Positions 38,400-47,010 of a stretch of DNA of 64,000 nucleotides are shown here, in pieces. The first letter of the stretch is position 1, and every line of letters starts with the position of its first letter. The stretch lies in the IMG/VR virus record IMGVR_UViG_3300028552_000008; one strand, 5' to 3'. The notes beneath the pieces were generated by a model. That model saw only the letters and a program-made list of their open reading frames with translations. It did not search any database and had not been told where the DNA came from. The translations under genes were made by a program, and so were the position numbers. The stretch is from an uncultured virus (IMG/VR IMGVR_UViG_3300028552_000008) (taxonomy: Duplodnaviria; Heunggongvirae; Uroviricota; Caudoviricetes).

Positions 38400-38699
38400 A
38401 TGATAAGTGACCCTAAAAAACAAATAGTGGATATTAATAAAACTTTTGCCAAAGAACTGACTGTCAAATACGATAAAGGTCAAAGAGAACATGGTGGTAA
38501 TTTCTATGCCAAACCTACAGTAAGTAATATTAGGGAAGAGGTGGTTGATCTAGTAGCTTATACTCATGTTCTGGAAAAGCATAAAGATAAAGTGGTTCAA
38601 GATTTATGTGAGTTATGGGATAAATTGAAAGAAGCCAAATGTAAAAAAGAATTGTTAGATAGGCTAAGTGTTATTATAACTAACACTAAATATATTTGA
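38400..38699 (+). CDS. putative MazG-like nucleotide pyrophosphohydrolase
   Basis: KYDKGQREHG...IREEVVDLVAY (EExxD). Confidence 0.5.
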   Translation: MISDPKKQIVDINKTFAKELTVKYDKGQREHGGNFYAKPTVSNIREEVVDLVAYTHVLEKHKDKVVQDLCELWDKLKEAKCKKELLDRLSVIITNTKYI

Positions 38700-38724
38700 C
38701 ATATCATATTCTATTAATTATATT
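38696..38724 (+). promoter_or_regulatory. sigma70-type promoter for the tRNA/accessory region
   Basis: TTGACA-17 nt-TATATT. Confidence 0.7.
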
Positions 38725-38731
38725 GAACTTA

Positions 38732-38842
38732 ATGCAAAGTTTAGTTACATCAATTAAAACTACCTACTCCCCTAATAAGGAAGGTAGTTGACAGGGTGTA
38801 TTGATATTTTACACCCTAGGTTTAAGTACCTAGGGTTTTTTT
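38732..38842 (+). promoter_or_regulatory. putative attenuator: 19-aa uORF, antiterminator and terminator
   Basis: uORF 38732-38791; AGGGTGTA/TACACCCT overlaps terminator ACCCTAGGT/ACCTAGGGT plus T7. Confidence 0.55.
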
Positions 38843-39045
38843 GTGACAATTTGTTTGAGGCGTTACTCTTGTATTGCAGATATTGGCAAGACCAATACTC
38901 TAGTCAATATAGGTGGGATTCGTTCCTGCTAGCTGTTGTGCCTTTAAATTAACAGCTCGGTTATTATAATGTATGGTGATGAACCTAGAGTATAATAGCG
39001 TGCGGTGAATATTGATTTATTCTATAACTAATTTCTGATCTTTAA

Positions 39046-39118
39046 GCAGGGGTGATGTAATGGTAGCATGGACGCTTTCTTGTGTCTTGTATTGGTGTAA
39101 ACCCAATCCCCTGCTCCA
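39046..39118 (+). tRNA. degenerate tRNA (Gly-like acceptor, abnormal anticodon loop)
   Basis: GCAGGGG/CCCCTGC-T-CCA; anticodon arm GACGC-TTTCTT-GTGTC (6-nt loop). Confidence 0.6.
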
Positions 39119-39121
39119 ACT

Positions 39122-39196
39122 GCTCGTGTCGTATAGTGGCTAATACCTCTGTCTTTCCAACAGAAAAAAGCGGGTCGGAACCGCTCACGAGTACCA
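39122..39196 (+). tRNA. tRNA-Glu(TTC)
   Basis: Cloverleaf; TCTGT-CTTTCCA-ACAGA; CCA end. Confidence 0.7.
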
Positions 39197-39205
39197 ATTA
39201 ACATT

Positions 39206-39478
39206 ATGATTGCTGATATTTATGCTTTTTCTAGAGATGGATTTAGACATGATACTTTTCAAAATTTTTTAAACGGTGATTTTCATGGTGTGTTTCAGTT
39301 TGACCGGTCTACTATACCACCATATAATCTGTTTAAAGTATCAATCAATTTAGATGATTATGATATAAGTTGTGGACCTGGTGTTGTATATAATCATACT
39401 GTCTTACATTTTAGAAAGAAAACTATAAACTCCAGACCTGCAGAAAGTGGTGAACGGAGGCTTGAACCTTATTTATGA
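39206..39478 (+). CDS. hypothetical protein with C-terminal tag
   Basis: Ends ERRLEPYL. Confidence 0.7.
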   Translation: MIADIYAFSRDGFRHDTFQNFLNGDFHGVFQFDRSTIPPYNLFKVSINLDDYDISCGPGVVYNHTVLHFRKKTINSRPAESGERRLEPYL

Positions 39479-39744
39479 ATGAATATATAGTAGGAGATGA
39501 AGTTTCTGTAACTCTTAATTCTGGTAATCGAGTTAAAGCAAAGATTATAAGTATTGATAATGACGAGCTTGCACTAAAGTTTGTAGAGTATACAGAGCTT
39601 GTAAACATTGATGCAAGCGGTGGTTCAAGCGGTGGTTCAGGCGGTTGGCCTACTATTCATAGACACATAAATGAGGTAATCTCTTTAGTATCTAAAACTA
39701 GAAAAGAAAATCCTTTTGATAGGAAACTGGAGTTTGATTTATGA
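39475..39744 (+). CDS. KOW/SH3-like small protein with C-terminal tag
   Basis: YIVGDEV start; ends RKENPFDRKLEFDL. Confidence 0.7.
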   Translation: MNEYIVGDEVSVTLNSGNRVKAKIISIDNDELALKFVEYTELVNIDASGGSSGGSGGWPTIHRHINEVISLVSKTRKENPFDRKLEFDL

Positions 39745-40208
39745 AAATAACAAAAATAGCTAATAGATGGTATGACGAAAACAATAATAGTTGGTCTACA
39801 GAAGAACTAGCTACTCTATACTCACCTACCCTAACTAATTGTAGATGGTGTAGAGATTGTAGAGATTGTAATTATTGTTGTCTTTGTAGTGATTGTAGTA
39901 ATTGTAGTAATTGTAGTGGTTGTAGTGGTTGTAGTGGTTGTAGTAATTGTTATAATTGTAATTGGTGTAGTAGTTGTGGTAGTTGTAATAGTTGTTATAA
40001 ATGTACTGATTGTAATGATTGTAGAGGTTGTAGTAATTGTAGTAGTTGTTATAGTTGTAGTTATTGTGGTAATTGTAAAGATTGTTTTCACTGCTATTTA
40101 TGTAAAATTTGTAGTAACCTTAGATTTTATGAAAAAGGATCACAATTAAATACTATTATAAGAGTGGAGGCTAATGCTTTTGACAGAAAATTAGAAATAG
40201 ACTTATGA
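39741..40208 (+). CDS. (Cxx)n cysteine-repeat family protein with C-terminal tag
   Basis: Ends DRKLEIDL. Confidence 0.8.
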   Translation: MKITKIANRWYDENNNSWSTEELATLYSPTLTNCRWCRDCRDCNYCCLCSDCSNCSNCSGCSGCSGCSNCYNCNWCSSCGSCNSCYKCTDCNDCRGCSNCSSCYSCSYCGNCKDCFHCYLCKICSNLRFYEKGSQLNTIIRVEANAFDRKLEIDL

Positions 40209-40510
40209 AAAAAGACACACTTGTAACATTAACCAAATTAAAACCCCTTGAAAATCCAGAGTATCCAACTCCAAATAAAGCAGACTACAGACCAGGACAA
40301 TTTAATGGAAATGTAAGTTTACCAATAGATTATACAGCTACTGGAATCTTATTAAAAGATATTGAGGTTGGAGAGCCTATTCTTATGTTCAGACATATTA
40401 GAAATGGGATTAAAACTCCTGGTCATTTTTCTTCTAGCCGAGTCTCTAAAATAGAAGGTAATTTGTTATACACTAATAACAGTATTTATAAAATTGAAAT
40501 ATTAACTTAA
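40205..40510 (+). CDS. hypothetical phage protein
   Basis: C-terminal F.SS.V..I......T.NSIY pattern. Confidence 0.65.
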   Translation: MKKDTLVTLTKLKPLENPEYPTPNKADYRPGQFNGNVSLPIDYTATGILLKDIEVGEPILMFRHIRNGIKTPGHFSSSRVSKIEGNLLYTNNSIYKIEILT

Positions 40511-40515
40511 ACTAT

Positions 40516-40938
40516 ATGGAACAACTATATAAAAAGACAAAAAAGAACGGTAAGACTAAATATGCTAAGGTAAATTTAAAATACTTGGCTGATAATTTAC
40601 TAGTTGATAGAATGACTCTAAGCCCAGGTCTTTGGCTGGTTAAAGAAGTTCCTAATTGTAAGTCATTAAGTTCAGTTTCTAAAGTATCTAGAATACCGGA
40701 TTACCCCTACGATTTTACTAGTATAATCATGAATCGTGACGAACTGGCCGATTTCCTCGTCAAATTTAACAATGATTATTCTAAAAAACATCCTAGCTCA
40801 GGGAATGGATGGCAAATATTTCCGAGTTATTCCGAACTAGCTGAGGCTATTTTAAATGAATTGATTAGACTGGCTGGCCTAGGATTTGGTGAAAAGCGAG
40901 AAGTACCTGTAACTAGAAAATTAGATTTAGAGTTATAA
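40516..40938 (+). CDS. hypothetical protein with C-terminal tag, similar to 40940..41380
   Basis: LYKK.., GLWLVK; ends TRKLDLEL. Confidence 0.7.
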   Translation: MEQLYKKTKKNGKTKYAKVNLKYLADNLLVDRMTLSPGLWLVKEVPNCKSLSSVSKVSRIPDYPYDFTSIIMNRDELADFLVKFNNDYSKKHPSSGNGWQIFPSYSELAEAILNELIRLAGLGFGEKREVPVTRKLDLEL

Positions 40939-40939
40939 T

Positions 40940-41380
40940 ATGGCAGACCTATACTATAAAGTTGGAAAAAGATATAGAGTAGCTTTATCTGATGTAAGTG
41001 AAGGAGCTATGACAACATTTTTATCAGAAGATGGAATAAGACCTACCTTTCTAACTATAGGAAATTTGGAGGCAGGTATATATTTGGTAAAACCACTACC
41101 TAATACTACTTTAGTGAGCATAATCTCTAAACTAGCTAAATATCCGGATAAACCTGAATTACTGGCTCAAATAAAAGTTACCCAGTCTGAAATGGAATAT
41201 TTTATTGCTGAGTATAGAAGAACTAGGATTACTAGAATAGGAACTGATACATTAAGTAATCAAGAAATAGCCAAGGTTATTTTTGATTATCTTATAGCTA
41301 AATCTGGTATTAAATTTTCGGAGAAGCCGGTTGAAAAAGTTGAACATATAGTAGAACGAAAACTAGAACTGGATTTATAA
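40940..41380 (+). CDS. hypothetical protein with C-terminal tag, similar to 40516..40938
   Basis: LYYKVGKRY, GIYLVK; ends ERKLELDL. Confidence 0.7.
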   Translation: MADLYYKVGKRYRVALSDVSEGAMTTFLSEDGIRPTFLTIGNLEAGIYLVKPLPNTTLVSIISKLAKYPDKPELLAQIKVTQSEMEYFIAEYRRTRITRIGTDTLSNQEIAKVIFDYLIAKSGIKFSEKPVEKVEHIVERKLELDL

Positions 41381-41381
41381 C

Positions 41382-41453
41382 GGGGCTATAGTGATAATAG
41401 TAGCACGGAAGTTTTGCAAACTTCAGGACACAGAGCGTAACTGTGTAGTTCCA
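41382..41453 (+). tRNA. tRNA-Ala(TGC)
   Basis: GGGGCTA/TAGTTCC with G3:U70; GAAGT-TTTGCAA-ACTTC. Confidence 0.8.
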
Positions 41454-41457
41454 ATCC

Positions 41458-41531
41458 GGTCTGGAAGCATTAAAGTGATGCAGAGAACTCTTAATTCTCA
41501 GAATAGGGAGCGTTACCCTAGCAGACCACCA
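41458..41531 (+). tRNA. tRNA-Lys(CTT)
   Basis: GAGAA-CTCTTAA-TTCTC; ACCA end. Confidence 0.8.
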
Positions 41532-41807
41532 ATTAAAACGAATGATCAAATTGAACATGTAGAACTTATTACTATACCTCTGCCTATAGTACTAGAAATA
41601 GTAAAGGAGTATATAGAAGCTAAATATAATCTAACTGGTGGAGAAATATTTTTAAGAAAACAAAAAGGACCAACACCTGCTACAGGATATATGAAACTAA
41701 ATGAGCCTGAATTGTATGATTTAAAATATAGAACTGTTGCAACACAAGCTGATATACATAAAGATTTATCAGAATTGCTGGAAAGAAAGTTAGAAATTGA
41801 TTTGTAA
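41532..41807 (+). CDS. hypothetical protein with C-terminal tag (start uncertain)
   Basis: Track ORF 41391 overlaps two tRNAs, so the real start must lie after 41531; ends ERKLEIDL. Confidence 0.55.
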   Translation: MKTNDQIEHVELITIPLPIVLEIVKEYIEAKYNLTGGEIFLRKQKGPTPATGYMKLNEPELYDLKYRTVATQADIHKDLSELLERKLEIDL

Positions 41808-41813
41808 GTCATT

Positions 41814-41890
41814 GCAAACGAAGCTTATATGGATAAGCAACCGACTTTTAATCGGTAGATAGCTTGGTTCGAATCCAGCCGTTTGCACCA
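41814..41890 (+). tRNA. tRNA-Lys(TTT)
   Basis: ACCGA-CTTTTAA-TCGGT; TTCGAAT; CCA. Confidence 0.88.
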
Positions 41891-41902
41891 ATTTAATAAT
41901 TT

Positions 41903-41988
41903 GCACTGTTATCCCGTAGAGGTAGCGGATTCGACTGTAGATCGAATGCTAAATAGCTCGGGTGGTTCAACTCCATCACAGTGCACCA
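41903..41988 (+). tRNA. tRNA-Tyr(GTA)
   Basis: TTCGA-CTGTAGA-TCGAA; long variable arm; CCA. Confidence 0.88.
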
Positions 41989-42000
41989 AACCAAAACAAA

Positions 42001-42258
42001 ATGAAAATAAAACTAAAATATAATGCAACGGGTGCAATGAAAATTATCATGCACATCTTAAAAAGATCTACTAAACGGCATAAGGCCCTAACTTTTAAAC
42101 AAATAATGAGAGAAGGTTTAAGACTTTTTGGACCGTATCTTTATAGTGAAGACTATATGAGAAAAGGTATGGCTGACCTTAGAAGAATAAAATTTAGACT
42201 TGTTAATCATAAACCAAAAGATTTAAGGATACAATATAGTTATAGGTACATATACTAA
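42001..42258 (+). CDS. small basic protein (possible wHTH)
   Basis: ATG 42001 after tRNA-Tyr. Confidence 0.55.
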   Translation: MKIKLKYNATGAMKIIMHILKRSTKRHKALTFKQIMREGLRLFGPYLYSEDYMRKGMADLRRIKFRLVNHKPKDLRIQYSYRYIY

Positions 42259-42273
42259 TATAGTATAGTGACA

Positions 42274-43263
42274 TTACGAAACATTTTTATGCAAGTGTAA
42301 TTCAATGGTAGAATGAGGCTCCTCCAAAGCTTTAATGGGCGTTCGACTCGCCTCACTTGCTTGTAATTGTTTAATTAATAAATTAGGTTCTTTTACTATT
42401 TCCTCCCAATTACCACCATATTTTTTAGTCTTAATGATAACTAGATTTGGCACTTTAGCTGTTTTCATTTTGTACTCTGCTTCTTTAGTAATATATCCTT
42501 TCAATTCAACGAAAATATTGTTTAAAATAAAGTCAGGATAGTAATTGCGGGATTTACCGTCTAACGTAGTATAAGGAAATCCTTTTAAGTTTCTAGAATA
42601 AGATAGATTTAATTGTTCGGCTATTTTGCAAAAATTATATTCCATAGTTGACTGACAGTGTATTATTGTACCATCTTTTTTGGTATAGTCTGAGTGTTTA
42701 CCCCAACCTCCACCTTTACGAGGGCCTCCGGTTTTACCTTTCAATACTTTTGATTGCAGTAACTTATAACAAGCTGAAGAACATGTTGACTTTCTGCAGT
42801 GTGTTTTAAATGGGTTAAGACATATTATACATATTTTATTCACTATTTTAACGACTTGTCCATTTTTATATCTAAAACGAGGAATACCGTCGTTTTCGTA
42901 ACGATTTTTTAATGCTAAACTTATGTTCATATTTTTAGTTTTAATTTGTTTTGTTGTTAGATGACTATTCCTATATTTAGCGCTGCAAGACTTATTGCAA
43001 AAATTTAGTTTTGTTCGTTTGATTTCCTTCTGTAATTTATATCTTGTTTTTCCACACTGAGCACAAGTTACAAGTTTTGCAGCATTAGGTTTGCATTGTT
43101 TTGAACAATAATCGGACACACGACAACTAAGTTTATTTGCAATCTGACGTTGCACTTCATTTTTATTTTTGTAGTATGTTTTATGACAATTACAACATTC
43201 TAAAGGTATAAGATCTCTAGAACCACAAGTGTCAAATATAGCTTGTAACATCAATATCTTCAT
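42274..43263 (-). CDS. putative free-standing homing endonuclease (zinc-binding repeats plus PD-(D/E)xK domain)
   Basis: CxxC...CSxxC repeats; QSTME, YYPDF, VELKG; opposite strand, inside the tRNA cluster. Confidence 0.75.
   Translation of the reverse strand: MKILMLQAIFDTCGSRDLIPLECCNCHKTYYKNKNEVQRQIANKLSCRVSDYCSKQCKPNAAKLVTCAQCGKTRYKLQKEIKRTKLNFCNKSCSAKYRNSHLTTKQIKTKNMNISLALKNRYENDGIPRFRYKNGQVVKIVNKICIICLNPFKTHCRKSTCSSACYKLLQSKVLKGKTGGPRKGGGWGKHSDYTKKDGTIIHCQSTMEYNFCKIAEQLNLSYSRNLKGFPYTTLDGKSRNYYPDFILNNIFVELKGYITKEAEYKMKTAKVPNLVIIKTKKYGGNWEEIVKEPNLLIKQLQASEASRTPIKALEEPHSTIELHLHKNVS
42291..42361 (+). tRNA. tRNA-Gly(TCC), antisense to the endonuclease 3' end, no encoded CCA
   Basis: GCAAGTG/CACTTGC-T; AGGCT-CCTCCAA-AGCTT. 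Confidence 0.8.
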
Positions 43264-43310
43264 ATGAGTTATATTACCACTATCCACTCCAAACTAGCAA
43301 CAACGATTAT

Positions 43311-43386
43311 GCTCTATTAATGTAAGGGTTAGCAATGCCGACCTGTCACGCCGGAAGAACGGATTCGAGTTCCGTATAGAGCGCCA
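43311..43386 (+). tRNA. tRNA-Asp(GTC)
   Basis: CTGTCAC loop; GCCA end. Confidence 0.82.
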
Positions 43387-43396
43387 CTAAAACAAA

Positions 43397-43921
43397 ATGA
43401 CAATAACTAAAAGAGACGATAGATGGTATGATGAACGAGGTAATAGTTGGAGAACAGAAGAATCAGCTACTACATACTCACTTACCCTAATTAATTGTAG
43501 AGATTGTAGTAATTGTAATAATTGTATAGGTTGTAGTAGTTGTAGTAGTTGTAGTGGTTGTAATAGTTGTAGTGGTTGTAGTACTTGTTATAATTGTAGT
43601 GGTTGTAGTGCTTGTAATATTTTTAATTATTGTCATGATTGCAGTAGTTGTTTTAATTGTTATAGTTGTACTGATTGTAGTAATTGTAGTGATTGTAATT
43701 ATTGTAGTCGTTGTAGTGATTGTAGTAGTTGCAGTAATTGTATTGATTGTAATATTTGTAGTGATTGTAGTTATTGTAGTAGTTGTAGTAGTTGTACTAA
43801 CTGTAATCATTGTGAATTGTGTGGAAAATTAGTTGATCAAAAGTTTCAAGAAAAGATTAAAGACCCATTAATTAGGACAGAGTTTAATGTAGAAAACAGG
43901 TTACTAGAACCAGACTTATAA
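43397..43921 (+). CDS. (Cxx)n cysteine-repeat family protein with C-terminal tag
   Basis: Ends NRLLEPDL. Confidence 0.8.
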   Translation: MTITKRDDRWYDERGNSWRTEESATTYSLTLINCRDCSNCNNCIGCSSCSSCSGCNSCSGCSTCYNCSGCSACNIFNYCHDCSSCFNCYSCTDCSNCSDCNYCSRCSDCSSCSNCIDCNICSDCSYCSSCSSCTNCNHCELCGKLVDQKFQEKIKDPLIRTEFNVENRLLEPDL

Positions 43922-43925
43922 ATTT

Positions 43926-44207
43926 ATGCAGTTAATTGAACAAACAATACTAGACTATATTGTAAAACCTGATAAACTTGAAACTAAGTTGTCTCATATT
44001 ATTGGATTTAATATAGTCAAAAACAAGCTATCACCAACCTCAATCAAATGTGTTACTACAATACTAGAACAGGAAAAGGATGCAGTGGATTATTTTACTG
44101 TTCATCCATATACTAGGCTAGGTTGTGATAATACCAATTATGATAGGCAAAATGATTCTTTGTACCAATCACCTAACCAATTTCGTTACTTAACATACAC
44201 TGATTAA
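43926..44207 (+). CDS. hypothetical protein
   Basis: Packed ORF. Confidence 0.55.
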   Translation: MQLIEQTILDYIVKPDKLETKLSHIIGFNIVKNKLSPTSIKCVTTILEQEKDAVDYFTVHPYTRLGCDNTNYDRQNDSLYQSPNQFRYLTYTD

Positions 44208-44980
44208 TGACCTGGCGCTTCTCACATTCAAGTATAGGAAGTTACAAGCAATGTCCTAAGAAGTATGAACTTACCTACCTTCAAAAAGGTAAAGTACAAA
44301 AAGAGGATACAGTTGAACTATTCTTAGGAAAAAGGGTGCATGAATGTTTAGAAGTATTATATCACTATGCTAATTTAGGCAATACCTGGCTTTTAAAAGA
44401 TTTGACTGATCTATTTATCGTTTTATGGGAAGAGAAATGGAATAATGATATAAAGATAGTTAGATTCGGCCTACCTGCTCTACATTACCTTGATTTAGGT
44501 ATAAAACAACTAACTGACTACTATAATAAGTATCATCCTTTCAACCAACACAAATCCCTGAGTTTAGAGCAGAAGCTATATTTTAATTTAGCCCAAGATG
44601 AAAAGTATGTAATGTCTGGAGTAATTGATAGGATAGAAGAAATTGAGCCTGACTATCTAGCTATTCATGATTATAAGACTGGTAAGAATATGATGAGTCA
44701 GAAAGAATGTGACTCAGACCGACAACTTGCTACTTATGCTATTGGGGTTTTAAATAAATATCCTGCTACTCAAAAAATTGATTTAGTCTGGCATTATCTA
44801 CTATATAATGTTGAAGTTGTATCTAGTAGGACTGCTGAACAATTAGAAAAGTTAAAGGTTGAACTGATAACAGATATTGATACTATATCTAAAGCTGTTA
44901 CAGATAATAACTTCAAAACTAATATATCACGTTTATGTGATTGGTGTGAAGTTAAGAAATTTTGTCCTGCTCACAAATAA
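44207..44980 (+). CDS. PD-(D/E)xK RecB/Cas4-like exonuclease
   Basis: FSHSSI..YKQCP, GKRVH, GVIDRIE, IHDYKTG, QLATYA, CDWC...CP. Confidence 0.88.
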   Translation: MTWRFSHSSIGSYKQCPKKYELTYLQKGKVQKEDTVELFLGKRVHECLEVLYHYANLGNTWLLKDLTDLFIVLWEEKWNNDIKIVRFGLPALHYLDLGIKQLTDYYNKYHPFNQHKSLSLEQKLYFNLAQDEKYVMSGVIDRIEEIEPDYLAIHDYKTGKNMMSQKECDSDRQLATYAIGVLNKYPATQKIDLVWHYLLYNVEVVSSRTAEQLEKLKVELITDIDTISKAVTDNNFKTNISRLCDWCEVKKFCPAHK

Positions 44981-44985
44981 TTTTA

Positions 44986-45061
44986 GGCTGTATAGTGAAA
45001 GTGGATATCATACAATTCTTCTAAATTTGAGTTCCTGGTTCGATCCCAGGTACAGCCACCA
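44986..45061 (+). tRNA. tRNA-Arg(TCT)
   Basis: CTTCTAA loop; TTCGATC; ACCA. Confidence 0.85.
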
Positions 45062-45125
45062 TTTTAAAACCGAAGCCGTTGAACTTCATTAAATCTTCAA
45101 CAAACAACAAATAAACACTAACTAT

Positions 45126-45668
45126 ATGAATAAAGTACCTATTACTAAAACCGCCCTACAAGCACTTTCAACTCCTACTAAAGATGTGATTGACAAGGCT
45201 TCACCACTAATTAAACGCTTTGCTGAAATTATCATGGGTTATTATAGCCCTGAAGAACCAGCTGTTTTTGAGTCTGAAGGAGATAAGACAGTCCAAGCTT
45301 TGTTTGATAAATGGCCTAAAGATGATACTACTTTGCGGCTAGCTGAATTGACTGAGGCTATTTACGGATATAAGCCTGTTGTTAAAGATAATAAGACGAT
45401 TAAATTTGGAGAATTGATTAAGTACAATAGTGACGTCTATGTAACTGTGCATAGTGATAGTAATAGTTTTTATGTTGCTTCAGTGAATGGAGCAAATTGT
45501 CTACGTCTATATCCAAATAATGCTATTAATAAAGTTACGGCTGCTGAAGCTGGTATTTTTGTTAAAGAATTCTTGAAAGTTAAACCTAGTATATTACTTA
45601 CTACGCTAGGTAAGGTAGCTATCAGTATTGTTTTAGAGTTTTTGGAACAGGTTGGAGATAATATTTAA
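45126..45668 (+). CDS. hypothetical protein
   Basis: 180-aa ORF. Confidence 0.65.
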   Translation: MNKVPITKTALQALSTPTKDVIDKASPLIKRFAEIIMGYYSPEEPAVFESEGDKTVQALFDKWPKDDTTLRLAELTEAIYGYKPVVKDNKTIKFGELIKYNSDVYVTVHSDSNSFYVASVNGANCLRLYPNNAINKVTAAEAGIFVKEFLKVKPSILLTTLGKVAISIVLEFLEQVGDNI

Positions 45669-45674
45669 TCTAGT

Positions 45675-45750
45675 TGGTGTGTAGCTCAATTGGTAGAGCA
45701 ATCGATTGTTACTCGATAGGTTCTTGGTCCGACTCCAAGCACACCAGCCA
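45675..45750 (+). tRNA. tRNA-Asn(GTT)
   Basis: ATCGA-TTGTTAC-TCGAT; GCCA. Confidence 0.85.
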
Positions 45751-45755
45751 ACATT

Positions 45756-45896
45756 TGCTAGGTAGTTTAATATTATGTGTTATAATGATGACTTCAATAG
45801 ACTATCTGCTAGCGTAGTTGCGACCCATTATTAAACGCACTTGTAAAACCACAGCTTTCTAAGCTGTTGATGTCGTGTCAAGAACGACCCTGGCTG
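45756..45896 (+). tRNA. tRNA-Arg(TCT)-like gene with ~70-nt hairpin insertion in the D loop
   Basis: GCTAGG/CCTGGC acceptor, D stem GTTT/AAAC flanking the insert, ACAGC-TTTCTAA-GCTGT, T arm GTCGT-GTCAAGA-ACGAC. Confidence 0.6.
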
Positions 45897-45903
45897 TCAA
45901 TTT

Positions 45904-46086
45904 ATGAATGAACAACAACGTAAGAAAAAACTAGTAGATGTAATAAATCTGGTTGATGATGAACTTAGACTAGTTATCAAAGCAACTTATGCTAAAGAGC
46001 GTACAACTGAGGAAAGACTAGCAATTGCAGATATAATAGAGGCTCAAGGCCGACTATTAGATGCACAGTCACGTCTCGAAAAATAA
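45904..46086 (+). CDS. hypothetical protein
   Basis: 60-aa helical ORF between tRNAs. Confidence 0.55.
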   Translation: MNEQQRKKKLVDVINLVDDELRLVIKATYAKERTTEERLAIADIIEAQGRLLDAQSRLEK

Positions 46087-46092
46087 ACTTTT

Positions 46093-46168
46093 GCGGGAGG
46101 GTAGGTTAGATCTACAGAAGTCTCATAAGCTTCTTTAAACTAGGTGCAATTCCTAGTCTCCGCACCCA
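46093..46168 (+). tRNA. tRNA with CAT anticodon (Met or Ile2)
   Basis: GAAGT-CTCATAA-GCTTC; T arm CTAGG-TGCAATT-CCTAG. Confidence 0.72.
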
Positions 46169-46175
46169 TTTAAAT

Positions 46176-46601
46176 ATGAACCATAACCTTTGTCCTAACT
46201 GTAATAATACTGGAAAATATCTTGAATACTTTGATTCTTTCTATTGTCCTGACTGTGATAACTGGCTTGAACCAATTTGTGAGGATAAAGAATGTAGATA
46301 TTGTAGTGATAGGCCGGAAAAGCCTAGTTTACAATTTTTACCTAATAAAAAGACTTATTCTGACTTAATAGGTGATTTAATGGAATATAATCATTTCGTA
46401 GCTCTAACCGTATCTGGTTCTATAATAACTGAAGATGGTTATGTCGAATCTGTATTTATTGATGGTATTCATAGACCGGAGATATATATTGAGGGTGGCT
46501 GGACATTGGAACCGGATAGTAAATTTTATAAACACTACGAATTATTAGAGTTGGGTAAAGCATTTCCTGATAAGGTAATTCAATTAGAATGGTGTACCTA
46601 G
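46176..46601 (+). CDS. hypothetical protein with N-terminal zinc ribbon
   Basis: CPNC..FDSFYCPDCDNWLE..C...C.YC..RP. Confidence 0.65.
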   Translation: MNHNLCPNCNNTGKYLEYFDSFYCPDCDNWLEPICEDKECRYCSDRPEKPSLQFLPNKKTYSDLIGDLMEYNHFVALTVSGSIITEDGYVESVFIDGIHRPEIYIEGGWTLEPDSKFYKHYELLELGKAFPDKVIQLEWCT

Positions 46602-46602
46602 T

Positions 46603-47010
46603 ATGACAATAACTAAAAGAGACGATAGATGGTATGATGAACGAGGTAATAGCTGGGATACTGAAGAAGCAGCTACTTTATACTCACCTACCCTAACCGA
46701 TTGTACTAATTGTTATAATTGTTATAGTTGTACTAATTGTAGTCATTGTAGTAGTAGTTGTATTAATTGTAAAGATTGTAGTAGTTGTAGAGATTGTTAT
46801 AATTGTAGTAATTGTAGTAGTTGTAGAGATTGTTATTATTGTAGTAATTGTATTAATTGTAATAGTTGTAGAAGATGTAGTCGTTGTGATAGCTGTAGTG
46901 ATTGTAGTGAGTGTATTGGTTGTAATGACTGGACTAATAATAAGAAATATGAACCAGTAATTAGACCATTTATAGATTGTAGAGATAGACTATTAGACCC
47001 TTATTTATGA
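46603..47010 (+). CDS. (Cxx)n cysteine-repeat family protein with C-terminal tag
   Basis: Ends DRLLDPYL. Confidence 0.8.
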   Translation: MTITKRDDRWYDERGNSWDTEEAATLYSPTLTDCTNCYNCYSCTNCSHCSSSCINCKDCSSCRDCYNCSNCSSCRDCYYCSNCINCNSCRRCSRCDSCSDCSECIGCNDWTNNKKYEPVIRPFIDCRDRLLDPYL

